Below are positions 9,730 to 21,195 of a DNA stretch of 64,000 nucleotides, piece after piece (the first letter of the stretch is position 1; the number at the start of each line of letters is the position of its first letter). Under the pieces are notes generated by a model, which worked only from the letters and a program-made list of their open reading frames with translations, was not told where the DNA came from and ran no database searches. This DNA comes from Naegleria gruberi (Eukaryota): assembly GCA_000004985.1 (NCBI GenBank), contig GG738903.1. One strand, 5' to 3'. Position numbers and translations under genes: made by a program.

Positions 9730-12700
9730 ATGAAAAATTTGTTAATGTGGAAAATAGAAAAGGAAAAGGGTTCTAAAAAGAAGGAAGAACCAAAAAAGCC
9801 AAATTTTGAAGTGAAAACACTTGCGAAGCATTCGTTGGATTTGACTGAATTTGTAAACGAAACTCAAGAAACCACAACCACTCGAGAATTACTTCTCACT
9901 CCAGAAAATAAGAAATTCAATTCAGGACTCAAAATTCTTGTCAAACTCGTGATGAATTGTAAATGTTTGAAAGATGTTCAGGATGATGAAGATTTTGAAA
10001 ATGTCAGTACATTTTCTGGAACTTATCGTGAAGGAGAATTGGACGATGATGAGAAATCTGAAGATGAGGATGATTTGGCAGAAGCTGAAAAGACATTTGA
10101 AAGTACCATGATTAAGAATAGTAGTTTATATTACAATAGTGTTTATGGAAATAATTCAAATTCAACCACCGCTAGTAGCACAACTCAAGCACCACCAACA
10201 AGTGGTGCTACCACCTCAACTGTTCAGAATGTAGTCTCCCAGAGTAGTACTATCAGTAGCAGTAGCAATTCTTCAGCAAGTCAACATGAGACTCCAAGTA
10301 GAGAAATGCAAGAAAAGTTGCACTTCCTCCAAATTGAAAATGAACAATTGAAACAAAATCTGGAAACTTCACAAGAGGCTGCTCAACAAGCAGAATCAAA
10401 ATTATTTGAAATTCAACTCAAAATGCAAATGGTTCAATCAAAGGCCGATAAGGAAATCAAAGCAGTTGAAGATAAGATTAAAGAGATTGAAAAGGAAAAT
10501 GAAGACCATGAAAAGCAGTTGAATTTCAAACACCAAGATCAAGTCAAACGTTTGGAAAGTGACATTGAAAAGATCAAGAGTGATTTGAGTAAGAAGAATT
10601 TGGATCTCCAAAATGATAAGGAAAAAACTGAAAAGAATTTGAAAAATGAAATTGAAAGATTGAATCTTGAACTCAAACAATCTAATGAGAGATTCTCTTC
10701 AAACTTGAACTCTTCTCAATCCTCTCATCAACAAGAAATTCAACGTTTGCAAGGAGAAATTTCCGAATTGAACAAAAAGAAGGACTCTGAAGTGAAAGAA
10801 CTCCAAAAGCAACTCTCAGAAGTTACTGCTCTCAAAAAGTCAATTGAAAACAAAAAGTTGGAATTGGAAAATTCTCTCAGTGACATGACTAAAAAGTTCC
10901 TCCAAGTTGAGAAGGAAAATAAGGAAAAGCAACAAGAGCTTTTCAATGCTTCTCAACAATTACAAAAGGAAATTAAGGAAAGAGAGACAATTACTGACAA
11001 ACTTCAAAATGAAAACAAGCTTCTCAATATTGAAATTCAAGAACTCAAGGTGAAACAATCCGAAAATGAAAAGAAGGGAAGTTTGGCCACTTCTGAAAAT
11101 TCTAAACTTGTCGAAACTTTAAAGAATGAAAGAGAAACTCTCAATAATCAACTCACTAAACTTGAGCAAACTCACAAGCAATTAGAAATGGACAAGTCAA
11201 ATCTCTCCTTCCAAATCACAACTCTTGAACAAGCATCTCAAGATAAGGAAAAGCAAATTTCCCAACTCAAGCAAGATTTGGAAAAGATCAAACAAGAATC
11301 TTCACAACAAATTCAAACAGCTAACACCAAGATTGATCATTTGGAAATCGATCTTAATAACCTAAAGGAAAAGGAATCTAAGTTAGAAAAGTCTGTATCC
11401 GAACAGACTTTACAAATCAACCAACTCAAACAAATTGTCACTGAGAAGGAACAATCGCTCCAAGAAAAGGATCAAGAAATTAGAAAGAATGAAAGTCAAA
11501 TTTCCAATTTGAATCAAGAAATTGATGATCTCAATTCCAAGATTAAATCTCTTGAGGAGAAACTTTCTGAAACTGAAAATTCTCTCAGAAAGGAATCTGA
11601 AAAGCTCAAATCGACTTCATCAGAATTGACAGCAAGTTTGATTTCTATCAAGAATCTTGAATCTGAAGTTGAGGAAAAGGAAGACAAGATTACTGAACTT
11701 GAAAACCAAATCAGACAATTAGAATCCAGTTCATCCAATGTTGGAAAGGAAAGTGCTGAAAAGATTAATGAAAGAAATGAGAGAATTCTCGACTTGCAAA
11801 ATGAGCTTTCAAAGCTCAAGTCACAAAAGAAAAAGTCTGACAAAAAGATTGAAGAACTTGAAGAGCAAAGCAAATCCTTGCAAGATGAAAATGTTGAATT
11901 AACTGATCTTATTGAAAAATGTTCCAAGCGTATGGATGATAAGGAAAAACAAGTCAAGAAATTGGAAGAATCTCACAAGAAGGCAATCGAAAGTGTCGAA
12001 CAAAAATGTGCTCAAGAGAAGGTCCTCGTAGAACGTGAGGTTGAAAAGGTCAAGATTGATCTATTGGCAGTTCAATATGCTACTCTAGAGCAATTCATTT
12101 TGGATAGAACTGTTTTGAATAGTGTCACCAATGACTTCCTTCCTTTGGAAAATCTTTCCAAGATTTACTTTAAGAACATCATGGTAAAGGACTTTTTATC
12201 TGATACCTATCCAACACCAGCCAAGATTCTCCTCAAGTGCATTCTTCAATGGAATCCAGACGAAGTCAAGAGTGCCACCGTCGATTCAAAGATTATTCTC
12301 GGCACTACTTTCTGCACCAATCTCAATATTGCTCTGAAATATCTCGTTGAAAAATTCAAGACCACTAGACACAAGGTCAATATCTATGCAGCTGGTGCAA
12401 GCGAATCTGGAGAAATTGAAAACTCTACCAGTCTCATTCTCTTCTGGATTCATACCTTGTACAGATTATTGCACGATTTGGAGCTCAAGAAGAAGGATCT
12501 CAAATTACCAACTACATTCTCTGAAGTTATTGCCAAGAGCTTTAAATTGGATGCAGCTCTCTTGTGTGGCGATGAAACTCAAGTTCCTAAATTTGCCACT
12601 CCTCCATACTTTGTCAAGTATAATGAAATGGAGAAAGTGGATGAGACTTTTACTGTCAAGAGTCTTCAACAATTGGTTGGTAGCATTTCAGAAATTATGG

Positions 12701-13983
12701 CACAAATGTACACTGAACTATTTAGACACATTGCTGTGAGATTGAGACCTTTCCTCATCAAGGCCATTTTCAATACCAAATTGACCAGTTCTAAATCAAC
12801 TGATGGTGGTTTGGAAACAAGACAACTTCATGCCTTCTTAAACAGGGTATTCGATTTATTCAAACAATTACGTATCGAACCAAGAATTACTCAACACTTT
12901 TTCGAAAACTTGGCCAAACTCTCTGATGCTCTAATTTTCAATCATTTCATTTATAAGGAACAAATTGGAGCTGCCATTGCATTACCTGTCAAGATGGGTC
13001 TCGTATTTACTGAAAATTGGTTCAATTCAAAGAATATTACAGAAACAACCGATCAAGGCACACAATCAATTGCCCTTCATTTGTCTAGAGAGGTCAGTGA
13101 TGTGTGTATCCTTGCCCAGAGACAAGTTCTCACTGATGAATCTATGAAAAATATGGTTTGCCCACATCTGAATAAGGCACAATTGACTCACATTTTTGCA
13201 AACATTCATGATGAGGAATTCAAAACATCACCACCAACCAATGAAGGAAATGTCAGCTCTAGAGTTACTTCACCAAAATCCAATTACACTGCCAGTGATT
13301 CTAATCTCTTCCATCAGGATTCTACTTCCTCTGTTGGTCAATTATTGACACCTAAACGTCCAACTCTTCAATCATCTCTTTCTTCATCAAATGTCAGCAC
13401 TCCTCCACAAGGATCTCTCTCTGCCAGAAGAAAATCAGTTCGTGGCTCAATTCCTAATCTTGCCGATCTTGAAGGTAAATCCAATGATCAAATTACAGCC
13501 AATCCAGAAATTCAACTCTTCCAATACACAGACAGAGAAAGCTACGGAACTGATCCAACTCTATTCTATGGCTCATTGACTCCACTTGCAGGAATGCTTT
13601 CTAGATCTTCATCTCTATCTAAAGGATTGGACAAGGATTCACCACGTGTTAAATTGAATAAGGACATTGAAAGTACTCAAATTCAAAAGGAAAATAACTT
13701 TTCAATTGTGGATGGAAAATTCCTATTCTATTTTTCAAGTTTACCAAATGTTGAAGGATCCAAATTGATTATTGAAGAGTGGCTCTTCTCAGTTATTTCA
13801 AATTATGGAGGAAAACGTGAGAATGGCGTTGAAGGTATTGTAAAGGTTACAAAGGAAAGAATCTTTAGTTCAGTTCTTAATGTTTTTGCAAATTCACCTG
13901 AACAACCTCCTCAATCCAGTCGTAAATCAAAGAAACCAACCTTCTCAATGGAAGACGAACTTGCCTTCCTATTCGATATTTAA
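9730..13983 (+). CDS. Long coiled-coil protein with a C-terminal DIL (myosin-V dilute-tail-like) domain, 1417 aa. It may have extra 5' exons.
   Basis: ATG at 9730. About 700 aa of E/K/Q/L-rich heptad-like sequence. The C-terminal 'LHAFLNRVFDLFKQLRIEPRITQHFFENLAKLSDALIFNHFIYKEQIGAAIALPVKMGLVFTENWF' parallels the myosin-V globular-tail DIL core (LNSVHRAMKAYHxE..QLFYLI..FN.LLMRRNF..W..G.QI..N...LEEWC). There is no motor domain. A possible upstream exon ends at a GTATGT donor at 9650, with an acceptor at 9757 in a compatible phase. Confidence 0.65.
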   Translation: MKNLLMWKIEKEKGSKKKEEPKKPNFEVKTLAKHSLDLTEFVNETQETTTTRELLLTPENKKFNSGLKILVKLVMNCKCLKDVQDDEDFENVSTFSGTYREGELDDDEKSEDEDDLAEAEKTFESTMIKNSSLYYNSVYGNNSNSTTASSTTQAPPTSGATTSTVQNVVSQSSTISSSSNSSASQHETPSREMQEKLHFLQIENEQLKQNLETSQEAAQQAESKLFEIQLKMQMVQSKADKEIKAVEDKIKEIEKENEDHEKQLNFKHQDQVKRLESDIEKIKSDLSKKNLDLQNDKEKTEKNLKNEIERLNLELKQSNERFSSNLNSSQSSHQQEIQRLQGEISELNKKKDSEVKELQKQLSEVTALKKSIENKKLELENSLSDMTKKFLQVEKENKEKQQELFNASQQLQKEIKERETITDKLQNENKLLNIEIQELKVKQSENEKKGSLATSENSKLVETLKNERETLNNQLTKLEQTHKQLEMDKSNLSFQITTLEQASQDKEKQISQLKQDLEKIKQESSQQIQTANTKIDHLEIDLNNLKEKESKLEKSVSEQTLQINQLKQIVTEKEQSLQEKDQEIRKNESQISNLNQEIDDLNSKIKSLEEKLSETENSLRKESEKLKSTSSELTASLISIKNLESEVEEKEDKITELENQIRQLESSSSNVGKESAEKINERNERILDLQNELSKLKSQKKKSDKKIEELEEQSKSLQDENVELTDLIEKCSKRMDDKEKQVKKLEESHKKAIESVEQKCAQEKVLVEREVEKVKIDLLAVQYATLEQFILDRTVLNSVTNDFLPLENLSKIYFKNIMVKDFLSDTYPTPAKILLKCILQWNPDEVKSATVDSKIILGTTFCTNLNIALKYLVEKFKTTRHKVNIYAAGASESGEIENSTSLILFWIHTLYRLLHDLELKKKDLKLPTTFSEVIAKSFKLDAALLCGDETQVPKFATPPYFVKYNEMEKVDETFTVKSLQQLVGSISEIMAQMYTELFRHIAVRLRPFLIKAIFNTKLTSSKSTDGGLETRQLHAFLNRVFDLFKQLRIEPRITQHFFENLAKLSDALIFNHFIYKEQIGAAIALPVKMGLVFTENWFNSKNITETTDQGTQSIALHLSREVSDVCILAQRQVLTDESMKNMVCPHLNKAQLTHIFANIHDEEFKTSPPTNEGNVSSRVTSPKSNYTASDSNLFHQDSTSSVGQLLTPKRPTLQSSLSSSNVSTPPQGSLSARRKSVRGSIPNLADLEGKSNDQITANPEIQLFQYTDRESYGTDPTLFYGSLTPLAGMLSRSSSLSKGLDKDSPRVKLNKDIESTQIQKENNFSIVDGKFLFYFSSLPNVEGSKLIIEEWLFSVISNYGGKRENGVEGIVKVTKERIFSSVLNVFANSPEQPPQSSRKSKKPTFSMEDELAFLFDI

Positions 13984-14043
13984 ATATTTAAATAAAAATT
14001 GTAAAAATTTTTGTAAAATATTTAAAAAAAATTGCAGAAAAAA

Positions 14044-16920
14044 ATGTTTCGACTCGTAAATGAAGAAACCAACAATGAAAGCAGCGCCGAAACTCCCACC
14101 ACTCCCATCGTTCCCATTGTTCGGGATGGTCTAGAAGTTGATCAAATCCTACAACTGCCCGATGATGACGAAAATTCAAGTCTCGATTTAAAATTATTTT
14201 GTAAATTATTTGCATTAGATTATGGACAACAGAATTTACTAGAACATGCAGAAAGCAATGAGAAACAAATTAGAAAAATTGAGGAATTTATATTTGAGTT
14301 TACGCGTGTTGAATCGGAGGAGGATGGATCGTCGTCGTCATCATCTTCTGAAGAAGAAGAGGATGAAGATTCTGATAATGAAAGGAATGATGATGATCGT
14401 GATCATTCGGAAGAGAGAAGAGATCATTCTGATGATGAAGATGTCATCACAGAGGAACAAATATCAAACGTAATGCAAGAAATTAAGAATGATATTAAAA
14501 AAGAGCAAGATAATCGTACTTTAAATCATCATCATCATCATCAGGCATCAGCATCATCATCACAAGAGCCTAGCAGTAGTAATAGTACTAATAGTAATGA
14601 AGTAAATATTCAAATGATTGATCGAGAAGATTCCGAAAAGGATCATAATGATGATGATGACGATGACAATGACGAATGTTCAATTTACAAGACAGAACCA
14701 ACAAGTACCAAGCTTAACATTCTCACACTTTCTTCCTTAAATTATTCACCCTATGAACATCCAGATAGATTCGAGGTTAGAAATATCATGTATTTTAGTA
14801 ATGTAACAAAATGTAAATTATTCAAGGAGAAGCAATTTATTGGGATTTCGGAAATTATTGATACCTTCTACAAACAGAAGAAGGTTCAATTGCCAAACTT
14901 TATAATTTTCCAAATTCTATTTGCAATTGTGGAAAAGTTGTATGAAATGAATGAAGCAGGTTTACTTAAGAGAATTCCAAATATTGAACAAGATGAACAC
15001 TTGTTTTATTTGAATAGAAATAGACACGTCGAGAAATACCATGTCATTGAAAGATTATTTTTGGATAATGTTGAAATTTCACCAAAATTTAAGACTGTAT
15101 TCCACTTTCAAGATCAAGTTGGATATTCTCAATTTGTTGATGTAAATATTAATGATAATTTTGAAAAGACAATCAAAAATTTAGACATGTACGAGAGTGA
15201 TATCATATTTTGTTTGGGAATATTCATTTTGGAAATAATGTTCTCCACAACAAGTGCACATAGAATGATTTTCAAAATATTATCACAACCATATAATGAA
15301 CCACTCGTCTGTGAAATGATGTTACAGGAGAATCGTAACAATTGGTGCATGATTAGAATTATCCTGTCCATGTTGAGAATTAACGAGCCATACAGACTTG
15401 TACCGAAACCATTTTATGAAAATCCAACAATTGAGGATGTCAACTTTGTGCCCAGAATTACGTTGGAGAATTTAATTGGTATTGAATTGCCACACGTTTG
15501 TACAATTTTAGCAGAAGATAGAAAAATTTTCGAATACTTTCTTGCCCCAGTGCTTTCCAAGCTCACAATTCCATATCCTTCCCACATGCTCAATAATCCA
15601 CTTCATCCCTCCTCATACAAGTACATAGCCACATTGGAAAATGGAAATGTAATTGACCTATACTTTAGCTTCCTAGCTGGTATCGTACTCTATGGTTCTA
15701 AAAGTATGCAAGCAGCAGACATGTATTTGAGACAGTCAGTACTACATCCACCTGTTGAGCATGATAAATATGTCCGTATGATAACAGATCTCTACGATAT
15801 GTTGGACAATAAGGAGAATGCTGGCAAGTTGATATCAGAAATTGAAAATATTTGTGAAATGAATTTGAAGTCCATGCACGCTGATATTACTGCTCGCTTT
15901 GCAAAGGCAAAAACATCAATTCCATTCTTTTCCTTTGTATCCTATTCATTCCTTGGAAAGGCACTTGCAGAAATGAAAAAGTATCCACTCTCGCTTTACT
16001 ATACCGAGTATTCAATGGTCTGCTCCAAGTTACAACAATCAGCCTCATTGCCACTCTTTAATTCGTCTGCAATTTTCACAAAGGCATACATTGTTCACAA
16101 ATATGATGTTTTTGATGTTTCAAACAAATTATATGAGCAAGTTATTTCAAATTTCAAAGGTCACTCTATGGCTCACAATAATAGAGGAATCTGCTTGAAA
16201 CGACTCAAAATGAATGAAGAGGCAATCAAGGCCTATGAAATGAGTTTGAGAATTGATCCTTCCAATCACTTGGCTTATAACAATAGAGCCATGTACTTTT
16301 ATTCGGATGAGGAACATGAAAATTCAATGCTCTATTACAAGATGGCCATTCGTTTGAAACCAACCTATCAGTGAGTATTTATTGATTAGTTTTGATATGA
16401 ATATTTAATTATAATAATTTATTAATTATACAATGTATTAAATAGATTGCCAATTACCAATCTTGGACTCACTCTAACTCAATTGACCAAATATGCAGAT
16501 GCCATAGAGCTGCTAACTATAGTATTGGAATGGTCTCCTGCCAATGTGAATGCTCTCATTACAAGAGGATTCTGTTATATGAGGAGAACTGATTTTGAGG
16601 AAGCCCTCGCTGACTATAACAAACTTGTTAACGAGCTTGAATCAGAAGAACGAAGCACCCTCTTCAATATGGCACTCTGCTACTATCATACCAGCAGATT
16701 AAGAGAGGCCATCTATTATGCAAGTAAGATTATCTCTAAAAATCCAAACGATGACAGAGCAAGATATTACAGAGCTCTCTTTTACGAAAAATATGAGAAA
16801 TTTGAGGAATCCTTTGAAGATGTCAATATTTTCCTTCAACTCTCTCCAGCCAATACTGCTGGAACCATCTTGAGAGATAGACTTTTGGTAATTATCAAGA
16901 AAATCACTCGTGTTTGTTAA
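14044..16920 (+). CDS. TPR-repeat protein with an acidic, serine-rich N-terminal region (about 930 aa). It has two exons: 14044..16370 and 16446..16920.
   Basis: First real ATG at 14044. TPR-like repeats lie either side of the junction ('AYNNRAMYFYSDEEHENSMLYYKMAIRLKPTYQ' | 'LPITNLGLTLTQLTKYADAIELLTIVLEWSP'). The donor GTGAGT at 16371 and acceptor AATAG at 16441..16445 give an in-frame join. Confidence 0.65.
16371..16445 (+). other. Spliceosomal intron (75 nt) in the TPR gene
   Basis: GTGAGT...AATAG. The intron is AT-rich. Removing it restores the TPR repeat across the junction (CA|A = Gln). Confidence 0.65.
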
Positions 16921-17093
16921 CAAGATTCAACATTTTGATTTCCAATAAAAAACCCAAAGTCACACAACTTGCAAAGATCATTAAGGGATGGTGTTGTATT
17001 TTTACCTTCCCTTGGAAATGCAGATTCATATTTTGAAGGGTCAATTATTAGTTTGATGTTTATTCAATGATTATACCATGGTCTTCACAATAT

Positions 17094-18383
17094 TCAACCA
17101 GTGAAGGAATAGCAGAAATTGGAATAATCTGTTTCTGGTAGAACAATAAAGTTGAAGAATTCAATAAATGGCTTTGAATGGACCGAAAGACTTTTGGAAT
17201 ACGAAATTGGATTATGGAAATTCTCAGAATCATTGAGGCACTTTTCACAAATTCGCAAGTTTCCAATCTCTGAGGAATAAATACCCACCACTGATCCATC
17301 TTCTTTCATTGATTGGTAATACTCTCTTAGACAATCACTGCATCTTACAAACCCTCCACCCTCATGAATTCCATGAAATTCAACCAAAATAAAATTGTTA
17401 ACATGGTGAACTTTACAAGATTTAGAAATCATTACACCCCCAGAGCTACCAAAAGTAAGACATTCAGAACTGGCTAAACACTCTTGAGTGGAGTGGTCGT
17501 ATTGGAATTCTTCGTTTTTCTCCCATATATCATTATTGGAAACTTGGAAAGGATGAAGAATTTTGCCAACACTGGCACACAAACTTCCATTACCATTAAA
17601 GATGTTGTTCTTTAAGAACGAATCTGTTGGAGCCCACTCTGCATAATTATGATAATCTATTAAAGGGGAAACAGAGTTTTCATTTCCAGGATACGAAAGT
17701 GTGATTATTTCATCTCCAGGTTGCAAAATGGTTGAAGAGGGAATAAAGAAAACATTGTTTGGTTGGCCAGAGTACTTGTTAGCTGCAAAATCAAAATACG
17801 AAAAATCCCCAATCTTTCCAGTAATTGGATCTCTACCAATCCATTCTTTTGTTTGTTTAAACTTTGTTGGAAAGGGTGCATCCTTATATACTTGACCAGA
17901 AAAGAAAAGTTGTTTCTGCTCTGGAAGATCTTTCAATCTAGCCAAGGCGTCTTCATAATTGCTAATGTTCCATGCATTGCTGTAGGCAAAACAAAGGTTA
18001 GATCCAGTAGCACTTTGCAATTTGTTATTCACATGACAATTAGTTATCACCACATTCGGGAGCACATAAAAACCAGAAGCAGCATATACTAATCTCCCTG
18101 TTTGCTTCTCAACTGAACATAATCTAACAACAGCCTTTGAGCCTTCCTTTGCACTCTCTAGGGACTTTAAAACATCCAAATATTCGATTAGATATTTGCA
18201 ATTTGGTGCTGTCCAGTTTAGTTGTTGATTAAACCAAAAAACATTGAAACATGTATTGGGAGGAAAATGAGCCTTATTGTCTTGACTTGGTGGAACTTTT
18301 TCAAAATTCTCTTCCGAAACAATTTCATTCCCCGAAGGAATGTAGCAAGTAATTACTTCTAAACGCTCCTTGAAGAATCTCAT
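17094..18383 (-). CDS. Trypsin-like (S1 / Deg-like) serine peptidase domain protein
   Basis: Real ATG at 18383..18381 ('MRFFKE'). 'ASGFYVLPNVVITNCHVNN' resembles the His-box of Deg/trypsin-like proteases (GSGFII..GYILTNNHVV). 'TFGSSGGVMIS' resembles the catalytic Ser motif GNSGGP. No signal peptide. The call rests on motifs only. Confidence 0.45.
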   Translation of the reverse strand: MRFFKERLEVITCYIPSGNEIVSEENFEKVPPSQDNKAHFPPNTCFNVFWFNQQLNWTAPNCKYLIEYLDVLKSLESAKEGSKAVVRLCSVEKQTGRLVYAASGFYVLPNVVITNCHVNNKLQSATGSNLCFAYSNAWNISNYEDALARLKDLPEQKQLFFSGQVYKDAPFPTKFKQTKEWIGRDPITGKIGDFSYFDFAANKYSGQPNNVFFIPSSTILQPGDEIITLSYPGNENSVSPLIDYHNYAEWAPTDSFLKNNIFNGNGSLCASVGKILHPFQVSNNDIWEKNEEFQYDHSTQECLASSECLTFGSSGGVMISKSCKVHHVNNFILVEFHGIHEGGGFVRCSDCLREYYQSMKEDGSVVGIYSSEIGNLRICEKCLNDSENFHNPISYSKSLSVHSKPFIEFFNFIVLPETDYSNFCYSFTG

Positions 18384-18862
18384 TGTAGCAATAAGTTTGT
18401 TTTTTTTCAAGTTTTTAATAAGGTTTGTAATAAGGTGAATAACTGCGCAAGCATTTTATTAAATTCGCGCTCAAAATCTACAGTAAAATACAACAAAATT
18501 TCAAGTTAAAAAAAATAACTCAAAATCTGTGTGGTATTGTTTTTGCTGCTCGGTTCGAACATTATAACATGTGCTTATCAGATTCTTCATCAACATCCTC
18601 TCTGATACACATTCGAATATTACAAACATATTTGTTTCTAACACGAAATCCAAAACTCATCGTGTAATAAGGGCTCATCCGTTAATACAACCTGATAGCA
18701 CTTTTGATTCGTGCTTTGACTTTGTTTGTTAACTCCTCCTAGGCGAGTCACTTCACAAGTCAGATCCAAATTCTATCAGTGACACTTGGTGAAAAGATAA
18801 AAGCTGTCAAATTGTGAGTAACGATCTGGTTCATCAGCTAAAAAAAACCAAACAAACACAAC

Positions 18863-21066
18863 ATGAACAGCAAGAGTATCATCTCATTGTTGCTCGTTGC
18901 CGTTTTGGCCATCGTTTTCATGTCAAGTGGAATTGATGCCAGAAAGAGCAAGGCAAAGAGAGCTGCTGAAGCAACACTGAAACGTTGCCAAGCATTAGGT
19001 GACCCACACTACAAAACTTTCAATGGAAAATTCGATTTCTACGGAGTTGGTGATTACGTTTTTGCTCAAACCAATGACGGTAATCTTATTATTCACACTA
19101 GAACTGGAAAGTGGAACAAGGCTTCAGTCAATACCGCTGTTGGTATGTAATTTAATTATTATTCCAATATCATGATTTTAACAATAATTATTCACATAAT
19201 ACATTTCATGATGCAATTTATTTTCAACTGATGACATTTGACATGTGGAAATTATTACTTCATATTTTTTCATGATGCATCCAATTCTTCTTTTAAAACT
19301 ATTTATCAAAAACAACAGCTGTTAAACTTGAAGGATCAAGAATTTTCGAATATGATGTTGTTTCTGATAAATTCTTCTTGAACAAGGTCCCAACCAAGAT
19401 TAACGTTGGTGAAACCGTCTCTTTGGGAACCAAATCATCAGTTAAGAGAGCTTCACAAACTTCATTCGTTGTCACTGCATCAAATGGTGCCATCTTGTCT
19501 GCCTCTTATTCCAGAAGCCCAGCTTATTTGAAGACTGGATCAATTGGTCACATTAACTTGATTCTCGATTCACCAAAGTCTGTTGACTACACTGAAGGAT
19601 CATTGTGTTCAAGAGCAAAGGTTAACGCCAGAACCCGATTGCCACGTGCTATTGGTATTTTGCATAACCACAAGATTAGAAAATTCAGAAAGGTTCCATC
19701 AACCAAGGATTTCCCAGCTGATAAGGTCAAGAAGGCCAGATCTGTCTGTAGAAAGGCTGGTATCAAGTTGAAGAAGCATCCAAATGCTTTCAAGGCTTGT
19801 GTTAAGGATCAACTTTTGACTGGTAAGAAATTGGGTAAGAAGATTGCCAAGAAGATCGCCAAGGTTGAAAAACTTGAAGATAAGAAGAAGAAGAAACTCG
19901 TCAAGAAGATTATCAAGAAGGCCAAGAAGGCTGCCAAGAAGAGACTTGTCAAGAAGAAGAAGTTGTTGAAGAAGTTGAAGAAATTGTTAAAGAAGAAGTC
20001 TCGTGCTGCTAAGAAGGCTGTTAGAAAATTGAAGAGAAAGCTCAGAAAGTTGAAGAGAAAGCCAAAGAAGGTCTCCACCAAGACTAAGAAGGCTAAGAGA
20101 GCTTCAAGAAAATTGAAGAGAAAGCTCAGAAAGTTGAGAAGATGTGCTAAGAAGGCTAAATCTTTGAAGAAGAGAAAGGCTTGCAGAAAGCTCTTGAAGA
20201 GAATTAGAAAGTTGAGAAAGCTCAGAAAGTTGAGAAGAAGAGGTGCCAGAAGAGGTGCTAGAAGACCAAGACGTGTTATCATCATCAAGAAATGCAAGAG
20301 ATCTCCAAGAAGAAGAGGTGTCAGAAGACCAAAGAGAAGAACTTCTAGAAAGATCAAGAAGGCCCAAAAGAAGAGAGCTAAGAAACTCGTTAGAAAGCTC
20401 AGAAAGATCAAGAAGGCTCAAAAGAAGAGAGTTAAGAAGGCTAAGAGAGCTGCTAGAAAGGCTAGACGTGCTGCTAGAAAGTTGAAGAGAAAGCTCAGAA
20501 GATTGGCTAGAAGACTCAAGAAGGCCAAGTCTTTTAAGGCTGCCAGACGTGCTAGACGTGCTTTGAGACTTGTTAAGAGACGTGCTAGACGTGCTGCTAA
20601 GCGTGCTTGTAAGCTCCGTAAGAGAGCCAAGAAGGTCAAGAAGGCTCTTAAGAGAAAGGTCAAGAAGGCCAAGAGAGCTGCCAGAAAGGCTAGAAAGGCT
20701 AGAAGAAACAGAAGACTCTCCAAGAAGGTTAAGAAGATCGTCAAGAGAACTTCTAGAGTTGTTGTCAAGAAGACAACTGCTAGAAAGATCAGAAAGTTGT
20801 TGAGAAAGGTCTTGAAGTTGAAGAAGAGATTGGGTAGAAAGTTCTGTCCAAAGAAGCACTTGCCAAGAAAGCTCAGATTGCTCTTGAAGAAATTGAAGGT
20901 CAAGATTGTTGCTTGTAAGAGAGGTAGAAGAGTTTCTAAGAGAAGAATCAACAAGAGAAAGCTCAGAAAACTCAGAAAGGTTAGAAAGGTCAGAAGAAAC
21001 AGAAGAGGTGTTACTGTCATTGGTAAGAGACTTGCCAGACAATTGGTTAAGGTTTCTAGATGTTAA
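18863..21066 (+). CDS. Secreted von Willebrand factor type D (VWD) domain protein with a roughly 430-residue polybasic (Lys/Arg/Ala/Leu) repeat tail. Two exons: 18863..19142 and 19319..21066.
   Basis: ATG at 18863. Signal peptide 'MNSKSIISLLLVAVLAIVFMSSGIDA'. VWD start 'GDPHYKTFNGKFDFYGVGDYVFAQTNDGNLIIHTR'. After the intron the VWD domain continues ('VKLEGSRIFEYDVV...NAFKACVKDQLL'). The tail is 'KKLLKKLKKLLKKKSRAAKKAVRKLKRKLRKLKRKPKK...'. The opposite-strand ORFs over the tail are L/S-rich mirror artefacts. Confidence 0.6.
19143..19318 (+). other. Spliceosomal intron (176 nt) in the VWD/polybasic gene
   Basis: Donor GTATGT at 19143 after '...NTAVg'. Acceptor AACAG at 19314..19318. The phase-1 join g|ct gives Ala and continues the VWD domain. 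Confidence 0.55.
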
Positions 21067-21195
21067 TTTAACTCTTAATAATATAATTTAATTTATTCAA
21101 AATTTCTCATATGTAAATATTGTTCTGTTAGCATGTAGATTGGGAGGTAGATGTCGAAATGTTGAATTTTATTTTTATTAAAAATTAAAAAAAAA

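Noticed and set aside
18520-18560. 'ggttcgaa' T-loop-like motif suggesting a tRNA
   Set aside because: The flanking sequence cannot form acceptor and anticodon arms. There are no CCA-proximal complementary ends.
19587-21042. Several 200-312 aa L/S/F-rich ORFs on the minus strand opposite the polybasic tail, and E/R-rich plus-strand out-of-frame ORFs
   Set aside because: They are mirror and alternate-frame artefacts of the AAG/AGA-rich coding repeat. The plus-strand frame that continues the VWD exon is the coherent one.
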